A stretch of 63,317 nt of DNA, filler included, from Rhabdomonas costata (GCA_019059605.1; 17 parts of 17 records of this genome joined end to end with filler, not necessarily neighbours in it), one strand, 5' to 3'; counted from the whole stretch's first letter, positions 48,188 to 60,920 are shown. Made by a program: numbers and translations. The notes: generated from the sequence alone by a model not told the origin.

Positions 48188-49021
48188 GTTTTTTAGCCCA
48201 ACACCCATTGCAAATATTGACCATCTCAATTTCTCCTCCTACTCTTTCCATTCTCCAGTTCTTCCCTCTTCCTTCGACCCTTTCTTCTTTCATTCAGTTT
48301 TTGCTCAGTTTTGCAGTTTTGCTTGCGGAGCGCAGATAGCCCGATGTCTTTCTCTGACTTTTATCTCCGTGCCGCTTTTTTGCACCACCCCCCNNNNNNN
48401 NNNNNNNNNNNNNNNNNNNNNNNNNNNNNNNNNNNNNTTAATTAATTAANNNNNNNNNNNNNNNNNNNNNNNNNNNNNNNNNNNNNNNNNNNNAGTGTAC
48501 AAAAGACACCGGCCCGACGTCGGCTTGGTCATCTTGCCTTTCTCTCTCTCTCTTTGCTTCTGTGTCGCTGTTGTATGTGCCGTACAGCGTTGTGCTTGGG
48601 CATTTCGGTGGGTCTGTTGGTTTCGAAAAAACCACATGAAATGCGCAAATGATGCAAAATGGTTGTAAACTGACCTGCGGCCTACGATGAGGCAGATGTG
48701 TCCAATAGTCTTTTCCATGGGGACGCTTCTGGCTATATTCGGTGTGAGTGCTGCTCAGGCAAACGGTTTTCAAACGTGATTTCACTTGGAACTTCACCTT
48801 CGTTGTGGGTACTGTCGTAAACCCGCCGCTGCTCAGGGCAAGAAACTTCTCAAAAGGGAATCGAACATGCCGTCAAGGGGCACCACAAGGCCGAAGGAGG
48901 AATATCCCTGACCCCACAAGGATCGCGCACGCAGCGTTTTGGGAGAGTGTACAAAACACACCGGCCCGACGTCGGCTTGGCCCTCTGCCGTTTATGCAAC
49001 TCTGTGCGGATTTTTTTTTAG

Positions 49022-49390
49022 GGCCATCCATCCTGAGTCAGGTTTCACCACTGTCCCAGCCCTTGGCCCTAGAGGCATGGCAGCCCTTCTACATCTACGT
49101 GTACGGGGTCTTGCTGAACCCCTCGACGGATCTCTCCGCGTTTGTGCTCACGACCACCACGAGCTGCCTCAACTTTGCCAGCGTCACGATGAGCGCCGTG
49201 TGCGCGTGGAACAACACCTGCCCGGTGGGGGCGATCGAGGCGCAGTCGACGTCAGCGGAGACGGTGATGCCGTACAGCGGTACCAGTCCGGGTATCTACA
49301 AGCTTTGCTACGAGTACACGAACCAGTGGACCTACATCCCATCCGGGACAAGCAACGTCGAGGACAATCAGTACACTTTCACTGTGTACG
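49022..49390 (+). CDS. Symmetric (phase 1-1) exon encoding a beta-rich extracellular module with a GxYKLCY motif
   Basis: 369-nt GC-rich exon between tttttag and gtgtgt; PFYIYVYG..SC..C..SPGIYKLCY..W..FTVY. Confidence 0.7.
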
Positions 49391-51479
49391 GTGTGTCGGG
49401 GTTGTGTGCATTTATGTGTATGTTGAAACGAACGTGGCTTGTGTGCATCGGGTTTCCCGACTGACGCACAGCGCTTGCTATCAACCGCACTTCACATGTT
49501 TTTGCATGAGCGAAAATGTCCTGACATCCGAGGGACAACGTTCATCAATGATGCCAAGGTTGAGCAGCAGAGTTGAAGATACAAAGCCAAGCGCGCGGCC
49601 AAGAAAGCGGGAAGAGGAAGGGAAGGAAACAACACATTGCAGAAGAACGAGGCAATGTTACAGCACATACAGCCTCCCCCGGCTTTGGCCTTTGCCACAC
49701 TGCCGGCACTAGTCTCGTGGGTGTTAGCTACGATTGTAACGGTGCCGAGCAGATCAAGGCAGTAGCATGACTTTGGCGGCGGAGCGCTTCTGTTGGTAAC
49801 ATCGAATGCGTGTTCATCGCTACACCCTGATCTGCGTGGCCAGTTGGCTGTTCAGATCATGAATAGACGAATTCAGAGCGCGGTGGGAGCTTAAGCAATG
49901 GGAAGGTGAGAAAAACAACGAGCAAAAAAGTGGGCAGCAGAAGAAGCACCGAAGATGACCAAACAGCACCCATCCATGACGCCATACACAACCGGGACCC
50001 GAGCTCATGCGCCACTAGTCATTTCCACATTCCTCACCCAGAGAGAGAGAGAGAGAGAGAGGTCATCCCCATGGATGAAGACGATGGGGACATCCTGTAG
50101 GCCATCACCATCTTGATGCGCGTCACCACTTACCTACACTGTGATGTTGCACATGACGCGCAGCAAGGTGTAGCACTTAGGCAGGGGGAACACGGCGAGC
50201 GCGTCACACCTGTGAAAAAAAAGCGAGCGAACAGGCTCGCGGGGGATGCCTGTGCCCCCCCTGCACTGCACTACACTCACATCTAACACATCCATCGAGA
50301 ACAGAGAGGGCTGGACTTGCGCGCGTGAAAACGAGGTTCGAGATTACAGCTCCTTTGAGAGCGAGGGGTACAGCGACATAGGCATAGACACACCCCATCT
50401 TGCTAACACCACAGTTCTTTCCAATCAGTCGTGTGCTTTCCATCGGGAATTTCTTCTTTTCGTTTTCGGTGTAGATCCACACCTATGTCAGAACAAGTGC
50501 AAATAAATTGGGCTTGACGCCCAAGAGGAGCACGACTCTAACAGCACCGGAACGAATTGATGATGACACTCTCTCAGTTAAGGTGGAGAGAGTATCCCCT
50601 CTTCGGCTCGTGGAGACTGTGTGGTGGGAGCCCTCTGTGTCCCGGGGAGCTGGAGAAGTGCACAGGCTCGATAGGAAGGCTGGTAATTTTTCTCTTTGGT
50701 TGACCTCTCTGTTGCAGTACCAGCATCTTCCGCTTTAAAAGGGTGCTGGCCTCCGGTCACCGAAGACCTTCGTCTGAGACAAAAAACTCTGAGACTCTTA
50801 AATTAAACAGTCCCAGGTCTCAGTATGCTCAAAGTTCGTCATTCTTACAAAACCCTCCACAAAAACAGGAATGGCATCCTCGCTGGTTTAAAAATCCTAA
50901 TCTAATTGCTTGACCTCTCGTTTTGTATGATTTTTCTTATTGTGTCAATTTTTACACTAAAGTGTGCACATTGATTTTTGAAGAAATCAACACAGAAGTG
51001 TCCAAACAAGCGAAACAGGTTTTTAAGGGGGCTTCTTTTTTCTTTTTTTGATCCGCTTGATTCGTTACACCACGGCCCTTAATCACTGCAACCTTCTGTG
51101 AACCATGTGATGAACATGCAGAGAAGTAGGTAAGCAATCACAAACAACTAGGGTCTGTATCTCCGCTTGCAAACGCTGCACGAATGCAGGAAACCCAAAA
51201 ACGCGAAGAAGGTGAAACCATTCCAAGCCACTTTCTCCTCTTGATCGACTCCCCTGTCCCTGAGAGAGAGATAGAGCGCTTTCCCCAGCTCCCCAGGGGG
51301 TCGTACAGAGGCTGCAGCTCGTGCGTTGGAGGGCATTCCTTGGGTTCCGTGGGTGAAGCTGCAGTATTCAGAGTAGTTCTCAGCAGGTGGACAAACGCGA
51401 GCAGTGGCCAGCTATGACCGCCCCTTTGCGCAGCAGTTGGTTGATGGTTGGCCGGAAACCTGCTCCCAGGATCGTCTTG

Positions 51480-51720
51480 GTTGGAGCAGAAGCTTTGGTC
51501 CTCGGCACAAAGCTGCACCAAGCTCTGGCGAATCGGTTTGATTGGGAAGCTTCTGATGATGGATGAATCTCCGACCTCTTGGTTCCGGAACCTACAGTGG
51601 CTCATGGTTAACCAGTCTCCCCACTGAACACAACGGTGGCACCGTGTTCACTGCTGTGGAGTGGCAAGCATTGTGCCACCGCCGCCTGGGCCTCCCTTTC
51701 CCTCCAGTGTGGCTTGCGGG
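51480..51720 (+). mobile_element. Relic of an RLE-type (CRE-like) non-LTR retrotransposon, post-RT region
   Basis: YSGSWLTSLPTEHNGGTVFTAVEWQALCHRRLGLP matches the sgaWL..P...f...lr.RLG.P motif that precedes the CCHC/RLE region. Confidence 0.55.
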
Positions 51721-52211
51721 GGATGTGGTGCTCGGTTGGTGCTCGGTAGGACACCTTGGGGGAGCACGCCCTAAGTTCGGCACGTATGGTCGTGCGGCGC
51801 GTATGGTCACCCCAACTTCCCCTGGCGCAGCGGCAGCTCAGCGCGAGACGGAAAAGCTCAGGTCCGACGGGTGCACCAGGCTTCGTTTGAGGCTCCTGCG
51901 CTGAAGCTTGTACGTCGTACGTGGGTAGGTAGAGCTTCTCCTTCTGTTGTTGATTACGCTGCCGCCTCGCGACAGCCTGTGTTTTTTCCTTGTGCACACT
52001 CTGCGTCGGAGGGCTTCGAGTCCCCCAGCTTGCGGGGCTCCCCTTCTTTCCTTCTTCATTCTCGTTCTCTCTGTGTGGACCCCCACTGTCGAGACAAAAT
52101 TCACCAAAAAANNNNNNNNNNNNNNNNNNNNNNNNNNNNNNNNNNNNNNNNNNNNTTAATTAATTAANNNNNNNNNNNNNNNNNNNNNNNNNNNNNNNNN
52201 NNNNNNNNNNN

Positions 52212-52338
52212 AAAGCAAAGCAAAGCAAAGCAAAGCAAAGCAAAGCAAAGCAAAGCAAAGCAAAGCAAAGCAAAGCAAAGCAAAGCAAAGCAAAGCAAAG
52301 CAAAGCAAAGCAAAGCAAAGCAAAGCAAAGCAAAGCAA
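52212..52338. repeat. (AAAGC)n microsatellite at contig start
   Basis: About 25 perfect pentamer copies. Confidence 0.98.
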
Positions 52339-53469
52339 GGTGCACACAGGTTCCCGAGAAATCGGTTTGAACCCAATCTGGACCCTTGCTGAGGGGGGGG
52401 GTCCCTCCGAAATCTCGGTTCCCCTGGGGGCCCGGTAAGGAAGCCCCCTCGACGTCCTTTCGGGAGTAAGCTTCCGGGCAGATACTTCATCGTAAACAGC
52501 CCACGACACGACCATGCGGTCAATACTGGAGTGTTTGAGAGTGTCTGGCCCAATGAGACATGACAAGATGCACTGAGGTGGAATTTAAAGTGAAAATGGG
52601 GTATGCGTGGTACCACGTGACGTGGATAAACTTGCAAACACCTGCAGCGGTAGGAGCTCCTCCAGTAGTGTTTAATATGGGTGGGGCTGAAATGATTGGA
52701 TTTTAGGCTCCTGTAGAACTGTGTCGCTTAACCTTAAATTTTCGGCACGAAATTTACTGAGATAGGTAACAAGAGTACACAATAATAGTATATGGTGCTG
52801 AACTGGACCATTTACCGCAGGCTCACACCCTAAAGGATTCCCTCTTTCGGCATGGTGTCATGAACGCGCGAGGCGCGAGGGTTCTCTGAACTGGCGTTGA
52901 CCACAATCAAGATCCACCTTGGCGTAAAGGGGGGGGGTCACGACATTGAGAAACCCTCCCGCGTCCTCAAACTCGGCCTGCCGTCGGATAGTCTGGCGCT
53001 CGGGGACCCTTTCCCCCCGCTGTACGCCAATGGGGGAGCCTTCTTTTACTGTGGTGGTTTCTCTTCTGTGTCACTCAAGAGTGCACGCGAGACGAGACAA
53101 AAGATCAGATGGGATCATCCTGAGAGTACAACCGTAGTGTTTGTACTGTTCCTCGATCCTCAGTACTTCGCAAAAGCATGTGGAAAGTCAACACAAGTAA
53201 CAGGGTTTACAAGCCCCCCTTGCCGTGCGCTTCCCCGGGTTATTGTGGCCATCACTGCCAACTGTGATTTCAATGCTATCGGCTTTACGGGTTTGCTTTC
53301 GGAGGTTTTGGACAGGTGTGGCTTTGTATGATTCGCTGGAATGCACACCTCCGCCTATATTTCCATCCATCCTTGCAGCGCTTCCATTTGTTTTTAATAT
53401 GGTTCAAGCCTGCACAGTCCTATGGAGAGCTTTGCATTGTTTTATGGAGCCATTCACCTCTTGCCTTAG

Positions 53470-55128
53470 GTATCTCCAAGCCATGTGCGAAGCGATCGTG
53501 CACACCCGAGGAACTCTGGACAAGGTGTGGGAAGTCCACTCTTCTCGCCTAACAAATAATTGTTTTTGAGTTTGCCTTCACTCAAAGGTATTGATTGCCG
53601 GTTTCATTACAAACAATGGAATTTCATTCCAACAGTCTCGCCTCCTTCTCGCCTCCGCATAGGCTCCGGAGATATCTGCAACGTCTTATAAGGCGACTCT
53701 TTCGCGGTCCTTTTTGGAGCTTTCCCTTTGCTTGTTCTCGGACAACCGTTACCCTCCCTGCTTCCGTCACTTCTTCGTTCCTTTTCATCACTCCCGCTTT
53801 TTTGTTGTGAAGTGCTTAGTTTTTCTTTTGGTCGTCGAAAGCGGGATTCTGCCCATTTTTGCGCAGTGTTTCCTCCCCCAGCGTTGTGGTTGGTGTTGGG
53901 GTACATGGGTTTCTCCAATTCCGTGAGTCATTCACCCCTGCGACAGCCTGGGAATTTATATTGGGAGCATGTCTTTCCCCCCGCCTCACCAGCGGCAACG
54001 CCTGTCTCAACATCACGGATTCATTATGAATGCTCAGATTTTTTATGACTCAGTCTTCACTTTTCCGTTTTCTGTTGTGCATCCGCGCATCTCCTTTTCT
54101 CTGGTTGTGTGATTGTGTGCCGCAATTAGTATGGTATGTTTTGCAGTTCATTGGGGACTGCATTATGGCGCTTTGGAACGCCCCGCGCTCTGTGAGGGGC
54201 TACCAGGTGGCCTCTGTGAGGGCGGCAATGGAGATGCAGCGGAGGCTGGTGGCGCTATGGACGGAGTGGGGCGAGGCGGGCCTGCCTCAAATTCGGTGTG
54301 CTTGCATGTACGTGCGTGGTGCTCATGTGGACTTTTGTGTGGCCGCTTTCCGTGGCTGGTGGCAGGAACTGTGACTTGGGATTTGTTGCAATTGCCTCTT
54401 GCTTAGGATGCGAATAGGCATCAACACGGACGCTGTACTTGTGGGGAATGTCGGCTGCGAGCACCGCGTCAATTACACCTGCCTTGGTTTGTCGATTGCT
54501 CTTTGTCGACTTCTTCAAATGGCTTGAGGGTTGCGGGTTGCGCGTTGCGGGGGTGGTTTTGTTTCTGAAAAGTGTTTGATGAATTATGCATGACTGCTTC
54601 TTTGAGAACGGAGGAGGAATGCGTTGAAACACTATTCCCATCTGCATCCCTGGTAAGTTTTTGATTCTCACTTTTGAAAAACCTGAAACCCAGTCAGCTT
54701 ACGGCCGAGAAGATTCAGCTTTCGTCCCTGAGAGAAATTCTACACCATCCAGAGCAATATTTTGGATGCAAAAGCAGATCAAAAATTTGGATCTGGCACT
54801 GTGAAATGCATAATGTCTTCCAAGATACTTTCTCTCTGTGTGGTTTTTGTGGCGTTGAGTGCAGTGATTGATTGGAGCGTTGTGAGCGTTGTGAGCGGAG
54901 GTGCGTCTCATTTCGTTCGCTGCATGATTGTCGGCTTGTTTCCATTCAATGAGGGCGAATTGCATGTTTCCTGCTCCTATTTTTCTTTGGAACTGCAACG
55001 TCGTGTGCATGTGTGGTCAACGGGTGCCCCCACAGTTTTACGTTTTTTATATTCTTTTCCGTTCTACCCCGGTTGCTTCTGCAGGGGACGGGGTCAACTT
55101 GGCGAGTCGCCTGGAAGCTATGAACAAG
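53470..55128 (+). CDS. Class III adenylate cyclase catalytic domain, bacterial-like, partial (exons 53470-53524, 54147-54295, 54407-54486, 55085-55128)
   Basis: GTLDK|FIGDCIMALWNAP..GLPQIR|MRIGINTDAVLVGNVGCEHRVNYTCLG|DGVNLASRLEAMNK; the Lys in DKFIGD indicates ATP specificity. Confidence 0.93.
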
Positions 55129-57652
55129 GCATGCCACTGTCTCCAGACACAGTTGTTGCTGTTTTCTTACCACGAACATCATAACATGGTCTGAATGTCG
55201 ACAAGACGCCAGCAACTTAGTAAGCCCAGCGCCTCGTCTCCACCCGGTAGTCCGTCCATACATATACAATTACCGTACAATACTTGTAACGCTCTCCGCA
55301 GCTCTACAAAACAACGCGCTCCCTACTGGACAGCGTAAGGCTCTACCTCACCTCGAGGTGCCATGACTTCGAGTAGATCTGGTTGCCTAGATTGTCAGGA
55401 AAGATTCACTGATATATCAGGACTTTTTTCCCAAGTTTTTGAGTTTTTGCGTGTTTGGGGGTTTAAGAGAATGTTCTTCGGTTTTTCCTGGAGGTTGCCT
55501 GGGACTTGTAGAACCACTAGAGCGACTGGTGTTTTGTGGCTCTTGGTTTGCACTTGCCGCATTGCGGCTTTTCTTGGCCATAAAGTCATAGCAGCCCGGT
55601 TAACCTGCATAGGGTCCAGGATTCCAGATTACAACTGTAGGTTATATTACACTAGATACTGAAAAGTCTGGACTTTGGCTGCTTTCGGCCTTCGTGTTTT
55701 TACGGGCATTGATTATCCCGTTTATACACATAAGGTCCGTTACAAGGTAAGTGATCAACTGAAGTTTCGCACGTTCCTCTCCTTTTCCACCACAGTCACA
55801 CATTTATATCTCTCATTCCCTGTGTTCCGGAACCCACCTCGCTCCTTTTCTCTTCCCGCCCACCATGTCCTCGGAGCCAGATCNNNNNNNNNNNNNNNNN
55901 NNNNNNNNNNNNNNNNNNNNNNNNNNNTTAATTAATTAANNNNNNNNNNNNNNNNNNNNNNNNNNNNNNNNNNNNNNNNNNNNTTTTGTTGTGAAGCTTT
56001 TTGTCATTATCGCAAGCATGTTGGCAATCACGGGCTGTGGTCATCTGGGTTGTCTCTACTCGCCATGGTGCCCTCTTCGAAATGACCTCTGGTTCTCATC
56101 ATGACCCAGTATCTTCACTTGCACAAAAGTCTGCGTCGTGGCTGGTGAATCTTTCTCCCGTTTTTCTTGCTCCTTTGCGATACCACGCATTTTTGTTGGC
56201 TGGGTTCGCGCTGCGCAGCGGTCGTCAGCTTGTTTATGGTGCTGCTGCTGATTCTCCGCCATTTCTGGGCCCTGGGTCTGTAAGCCTCCCCCCCCCCGGC
56301 CTGCGAAAGTGCCATACTCCCCTAACGTCCCTAGATGGGATCACAACACAGAAGAAGAGAAACGGAAATGCAGGGAAGAGAGGCTACCTTTTGTTCTAGA
56401 TGCGTTGATTTTTGCTTTTTTATGCAAGCCTTCTGGTGCTAACCTGTGGGGCTTTGTGCTTCGGTTCTGCTGGCTGCGTGAGTTTTCCCACCTGCCAGTG
56501 GAGGTTTCTGTTTTGCGAGCGTATGCTCTCTGTTCCCTTGATCTGTGGCTCTCTGCCTCAAACTAGATCTCCAAATCCCTGCAGGCTAGATTCGGGTTCC
56601 CTGCTGCTGTATTTTTGAGGCTCTCTTGCGTGAGCAACACAATTAGAGGATGGTCGTCTTTTCTCACGAAAGCCAGTCCCCCACTCCCCAGGGTGGGGAA
56701 AGGCGTCGTGTGCCTCTATGCTTCGTATCCTTCGTCGGTCATCAGTTTCAGTCTGTTCGAAGCGCCTTCTGTCATGCGATGATTCCTCCTGTCCTGGTGT
56801 TGGCAATTTTTTTGACATCCCCCCACCCATCCCCTCTCTTGTACATAGTGAGGCTGCTATTTTTGTGGTTCATCATGTTCTGCTTTCCCCCAGCTGGTGG
56901 CGTCCGTGTGAATTCTTCACATTGGTTCCAGCAAAACTTGTGGAGAATTCCCGTGCTATCTTTCCCTGGCTGCAGATGCCATCTTTTAATCCGTATAACA
57001 CACATTGCAATTGCGACACACTACAATTGCGGGGTGCAATGCACCGGTGCTGGAGGATTGGATGCTCCCCATTCAGAGATGGTTTCCTGGTCTGTCCTGG
57101 TTTGTCCTTCCTACACATATGGGATATATTGATGCAGCACTAACCTGGCCATTTTACTGGAATTTGAAAACATGCTGCCCATTCTCTCTTTTTAAACAAT
57201 TAAACGGTCCTTTTTATGCTGGTGGAGTGTTGGACATTAATGGGGGGGGGGGTGCGTTTCATATGGTCAAGCAAATCGTTTTCAACCCCTACAGCCGTAA
57301 CGAAAGTGAGATGTACAACTCTTTCTGGCCTTTCTATGCGCTGAAGCGCTTGTGATGCGATGCACAGGGCCATTCACAACAAAGCAAATATATAGACCTG
57401 TCTGGTCATGCTATATCCTTAGGGAATGAGATGGTGCTCATTTGTTTTTTAGCCAGCTTGGTGGAACCTTGGAAAGCACCTCAAATCCGATTCTTTCTCC
57501 CGCTTCGTCCATGCAAGGCAATCTGCTATCTCATCCTTTTCGTGTGTTTTTCTCCAGGCTTTTCAGTTTTTGTACCGACCAATTTTTGTTATATTTGTTT
57601 TTACCACTTTTGAAGGGGCCCTTACCTCGCTTTCTCCGTGAAGCCCCGGAAA

Positions 57653-58530
57653 ATGGAGCCCTTCGTTCCTCGGCGGCACAAGCCTCAGAAGACGTTCAAA
57701 GAGTGGGTGAAATTCTGGTGGCTGCAATTCGACATCTATTCTGGCCTTTCCTGGTTCGAGGATCTGGAGAGGCAGATCTGGGGTACCCCCCCCCGTGGGC
57801 AGCCCCTCCATTTTTTTTAAATCGAAACCTCTGCTGTCTGTCGAAGCAATGGACTCATCGACATTTCACTTGTAATTTCAAAAAAGAGGTGAAAAAGTGG
57901 CACTTTTTTGACTTTCGTCCGCGGATCACACCAGTCCTGACGCCACGCTGATGGTCTCATTTCCTTTTTTCCACCAGACGTGTTCTGCAGGGCCCAACGT
58001 GTTCATAAATAATTTTTAGATTGCATTGACGGCCCAGGGCCTTGTTGCCCACACGACCTGCTTCAGAGGGATTTCCCCAAGCATTCCTGGCTGCTCATTT
58101 CTGATGCGCCCCCTGCATTGCTTAATCCTTCAAGGGTTTCAGTTTACGTGACCATGTAAACTCTAAACTTCCTGGCCCCGTTCCTAAAATTAAAAGGATG
58201 CGTTTAATTAAAAGAATGCAAAGGAGGCGTTTTCACCTTCCAGGCGAAACGCTGTGGAATTTCTTAAATGCATTTGAACGGCCTCGGCTGTTTACAGGTA
58301 TCCGCAAACCCTAAAATTTGCACACTGACATTAATGGATGAGGGCGAATATTCGATGTGTTTACTCGAAGGCGGGTGTTACAAATGTTTGCGTAATTCTA
58401 TGCGTCATTCACCGTAATTTTGCGAGCTTCTCGTCAGCTTGTCACATGCATTTCACTTCTGCTCGCAGTGGTGATTCTTGTGTTCATGCTGCTGGCCTCG
58501 CTGTTTGTCATGTATTGGTTGGTGTCGTGA
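57653..58530 (+). CDS. 63-aa membrane microprotein resembling the serine palmitoyltransferase small subunit (ssSPT); exons 57653-57782 and 58469-58530
   Basis: MEPFVPRRHKPQKTFKEWVKFWWLQFDIYSGLSWFEDLERQIW|VVILVFMLLASLFVMYWLVS*; phase-1 GT-AG intron; one TM helix after the ER motif. Confidence 0.7.
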
Positions 58531-60649
58531 GGAGCATTCTGTCCTACATCAGCAGGGGTCTGGCAGTGATGGAATGCCTGAAAGGGCAGTGCTGAGCCGC
58601 TTCCTGTGTACTGTGTAGTTGCTGGAAGGCACATCCGCTTTTTTTGACCCTCATCCCCGGGGTCTATGCATGTTTGGATCTTCACAAGACAATGTGTTGA
58701 TGCTGTGGAGTTTGTGATTGGCAAAGGTTATACGGGTGTGGCGGGAAGCTCTCCTTCCCTGTGGATGGCATAGGCGCACAATGCTCTCCCTGGGTTCTCC
58801 AGGTTTAATCCGATATCCAGGGGGCTAACAACTACTGTTCTGCTTGGGCCTTGTTATGATTTTTTTTTGAAAATGAACATTATGTAAGCGGCATGGCACG
58901 GTGACTGCATTTATCGAAGGATGGGTTTACAGGTAAACAGGTGTTTTCGCGAACGCCAGCGCCGAGGAGTGGGAAAGGGGGCGCAATTGAGGAGTTTTCC
59001 AACTCTGTCTCCCATCATTCGAATCTTCGTTGACCACCGGTTCGATCTTATCCGATCAATGGAGATTTATCGATATCCAAACGGATGTTGGCCAGTTTCC
59101 AAAGCGTGTGGATAATACGGGAGTGGGGGGGTCAAAAAGACTGAATTCTTAAAGCCCCCCCCCCCGTGTTCGTACCCTCTGACACTCGCGAAAGTCCGAC
59201 TTGGGTCGATCTGCCCGGGTCCTGCAGTGACAGAAGTATTTTTCAAATGAGGCCGGACCTTCACCTAAAACCCATCTGACTCAAACTCTGTGCATTGGAG
59301 GGGGGGAGTACTCTGTGCATTGGAGGGGGGGGGAGTATCATCCTGTGGGTAATGATTACACCAAATCCTTGCGTTGAACAGGCAAAGGCATTAAAGGCCA
59401 TTTGCACATCGGACTGAGTCTCATGCGTCGCCACTCACTCTCCCGCTGTCTCTGGGGTGGTCTGATAGAAAGTGCAGCGTGATTCCAGTTGCAATACAGC
59501 ACTTCAAGAATCACCCTCTAAGAGGAGGAGGGGGGCAGCCAACCCCAATAGAAGCCAGTGACAGTAGACACAAAGAAGAAGCAGAACCCACAACCAACAN
59601 NNNNNNNNNNNNNNNNNNNNNNNNNNNNNNNNNNNNNNNNNNNTTAATTAATTAANNNNNNNNNNNNNNNNNNNNNNNNNNNNNNNNNNNNNNNNNNNNA
59701 CATTTGGGGGGTTTATCAGAGACAAAATAGCCAGCCTTGTTTACGGTTTTGCCCATGGCGCTTTAGAAATTCACGGCACCGCTGTGATTTCAAAACGTCG
59801 AAAGTGAGAACTGTCCATTAAATAAGGACATTCGGACTCTAAAAGCCATAAGGGATTGAAAAACCAAACTGGAATGACCTCTTTTTACACCGCCCGCTTC
59901 CTGACATTTCCGCTTCCCGCGGTTATCTGAACTTTTCATACAAGTCAAATGGGGTTATGCGGCGGAGTCCCCTTCGTCAGACCATAGTGAAATATCTCGA
60001 GCTGAAGGTGGGGCAAGGCTTGAAAATGAACCACGTTAATCGGCCAACAAAGGGGTTGGCCGATTATGACGGTGATAGCCGCCAAATCCCCCCCAACCCG
60101 AAAAACAAATCTGGCTGCCTAAGTCTTCTGGTTTGCCATGTCTAAAAATCCAGCACGCAATTGATATTCAGGGTTTCTTCCATTGCTTTGATGGGGGGTT
60201 CTTTTCGTTCGGCGCCGTGTTTTTATAATCTTTGTGGTTTTTTTCCTTCAGGTGTTTCGCGTGGCGGTCAGGACACAGTTGCGGCGCAACATCCGAGCAG
60301 CCCTCCACCACGACAGCGTCGATGACGGTGTCCACATGGCACGTCTTTAGACATGCCCGCAAACGGGGACTGCAAACCATCTTAAACTCACACAGGTTCT
60401 AAACGCGTTTGTACTGCGTGTCGGCTTTTGTTTACCAAAACGATGCCTTCACCAGTGGGATTGCTCTTTTGGCACCAAGCACTGTGCACGGTGCAAGTTG
60501 CGTTGCTCATTCTGTAAAACATGCACCTCCAAATAAGAAAATTGAACACGAGGTATTGCAATCAGTGGCGCAGGTACTCTTTCAAGCGCAATCATACGTG
60601 GGTTATTCTGAGACTTGTTTTTGTTTAACGATACCTCAAGCACGCTGAG

Positions 60650-60920
60650 AAACGTGATCGATGCCCCAGGATTGTACGTTCCCATCACACTCACCAGCCC
60701 AGGCTGAACCTCCCCGGCCCCAGTCGTGGCAATATGACGATATACAAACTGCACATCGACCGCGGCCCCCAACTCCGCCAGAACCTCACTCTCGCCTTTG
60801 TAGCACGACAGCTCCCGAATATCGTAGCCCCACATCCCACTCAACTCGTACAGGGTCCGTGGTCCTGAGCTGGTGGTGTTGAACGCCTTGAGAACTTCCG
60901 GATCGATGCTTACCGCGGCA
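60650..60920 (-). pseudogene. C-terminal half of an R-S-ExE type mono-ADP-ribosyltransferase domain
   Basis: AVSIDPEVLKAF..GPRTLYELSGMWGYDIRELSCYKGESEVL. Confidence 0.7.

Noticed and set aside
48494-48980. 35-bp direct repeat (48494-48528 and 48946-48980) with a palindromic core, CRISPR-like
   Set aside because: Only two copies about 450 bp apart, one at a contig edge, in a eukaryote; no array or cas genes
52156-52637. ORFs with LCFAL repeats
   Set aside because: Translations of the (AAAGC)n microsatellite
56893-57197. Possible final exons of a dual-specificity-phosphatase-like gene
   Set aside because: Frame and boundaries are ambiguous and no catalytic motif is visible
59286-59338. ~25-bp tandem duplication with G-runs
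   Set aside because: Two copies only; local slippage or an assembly effect
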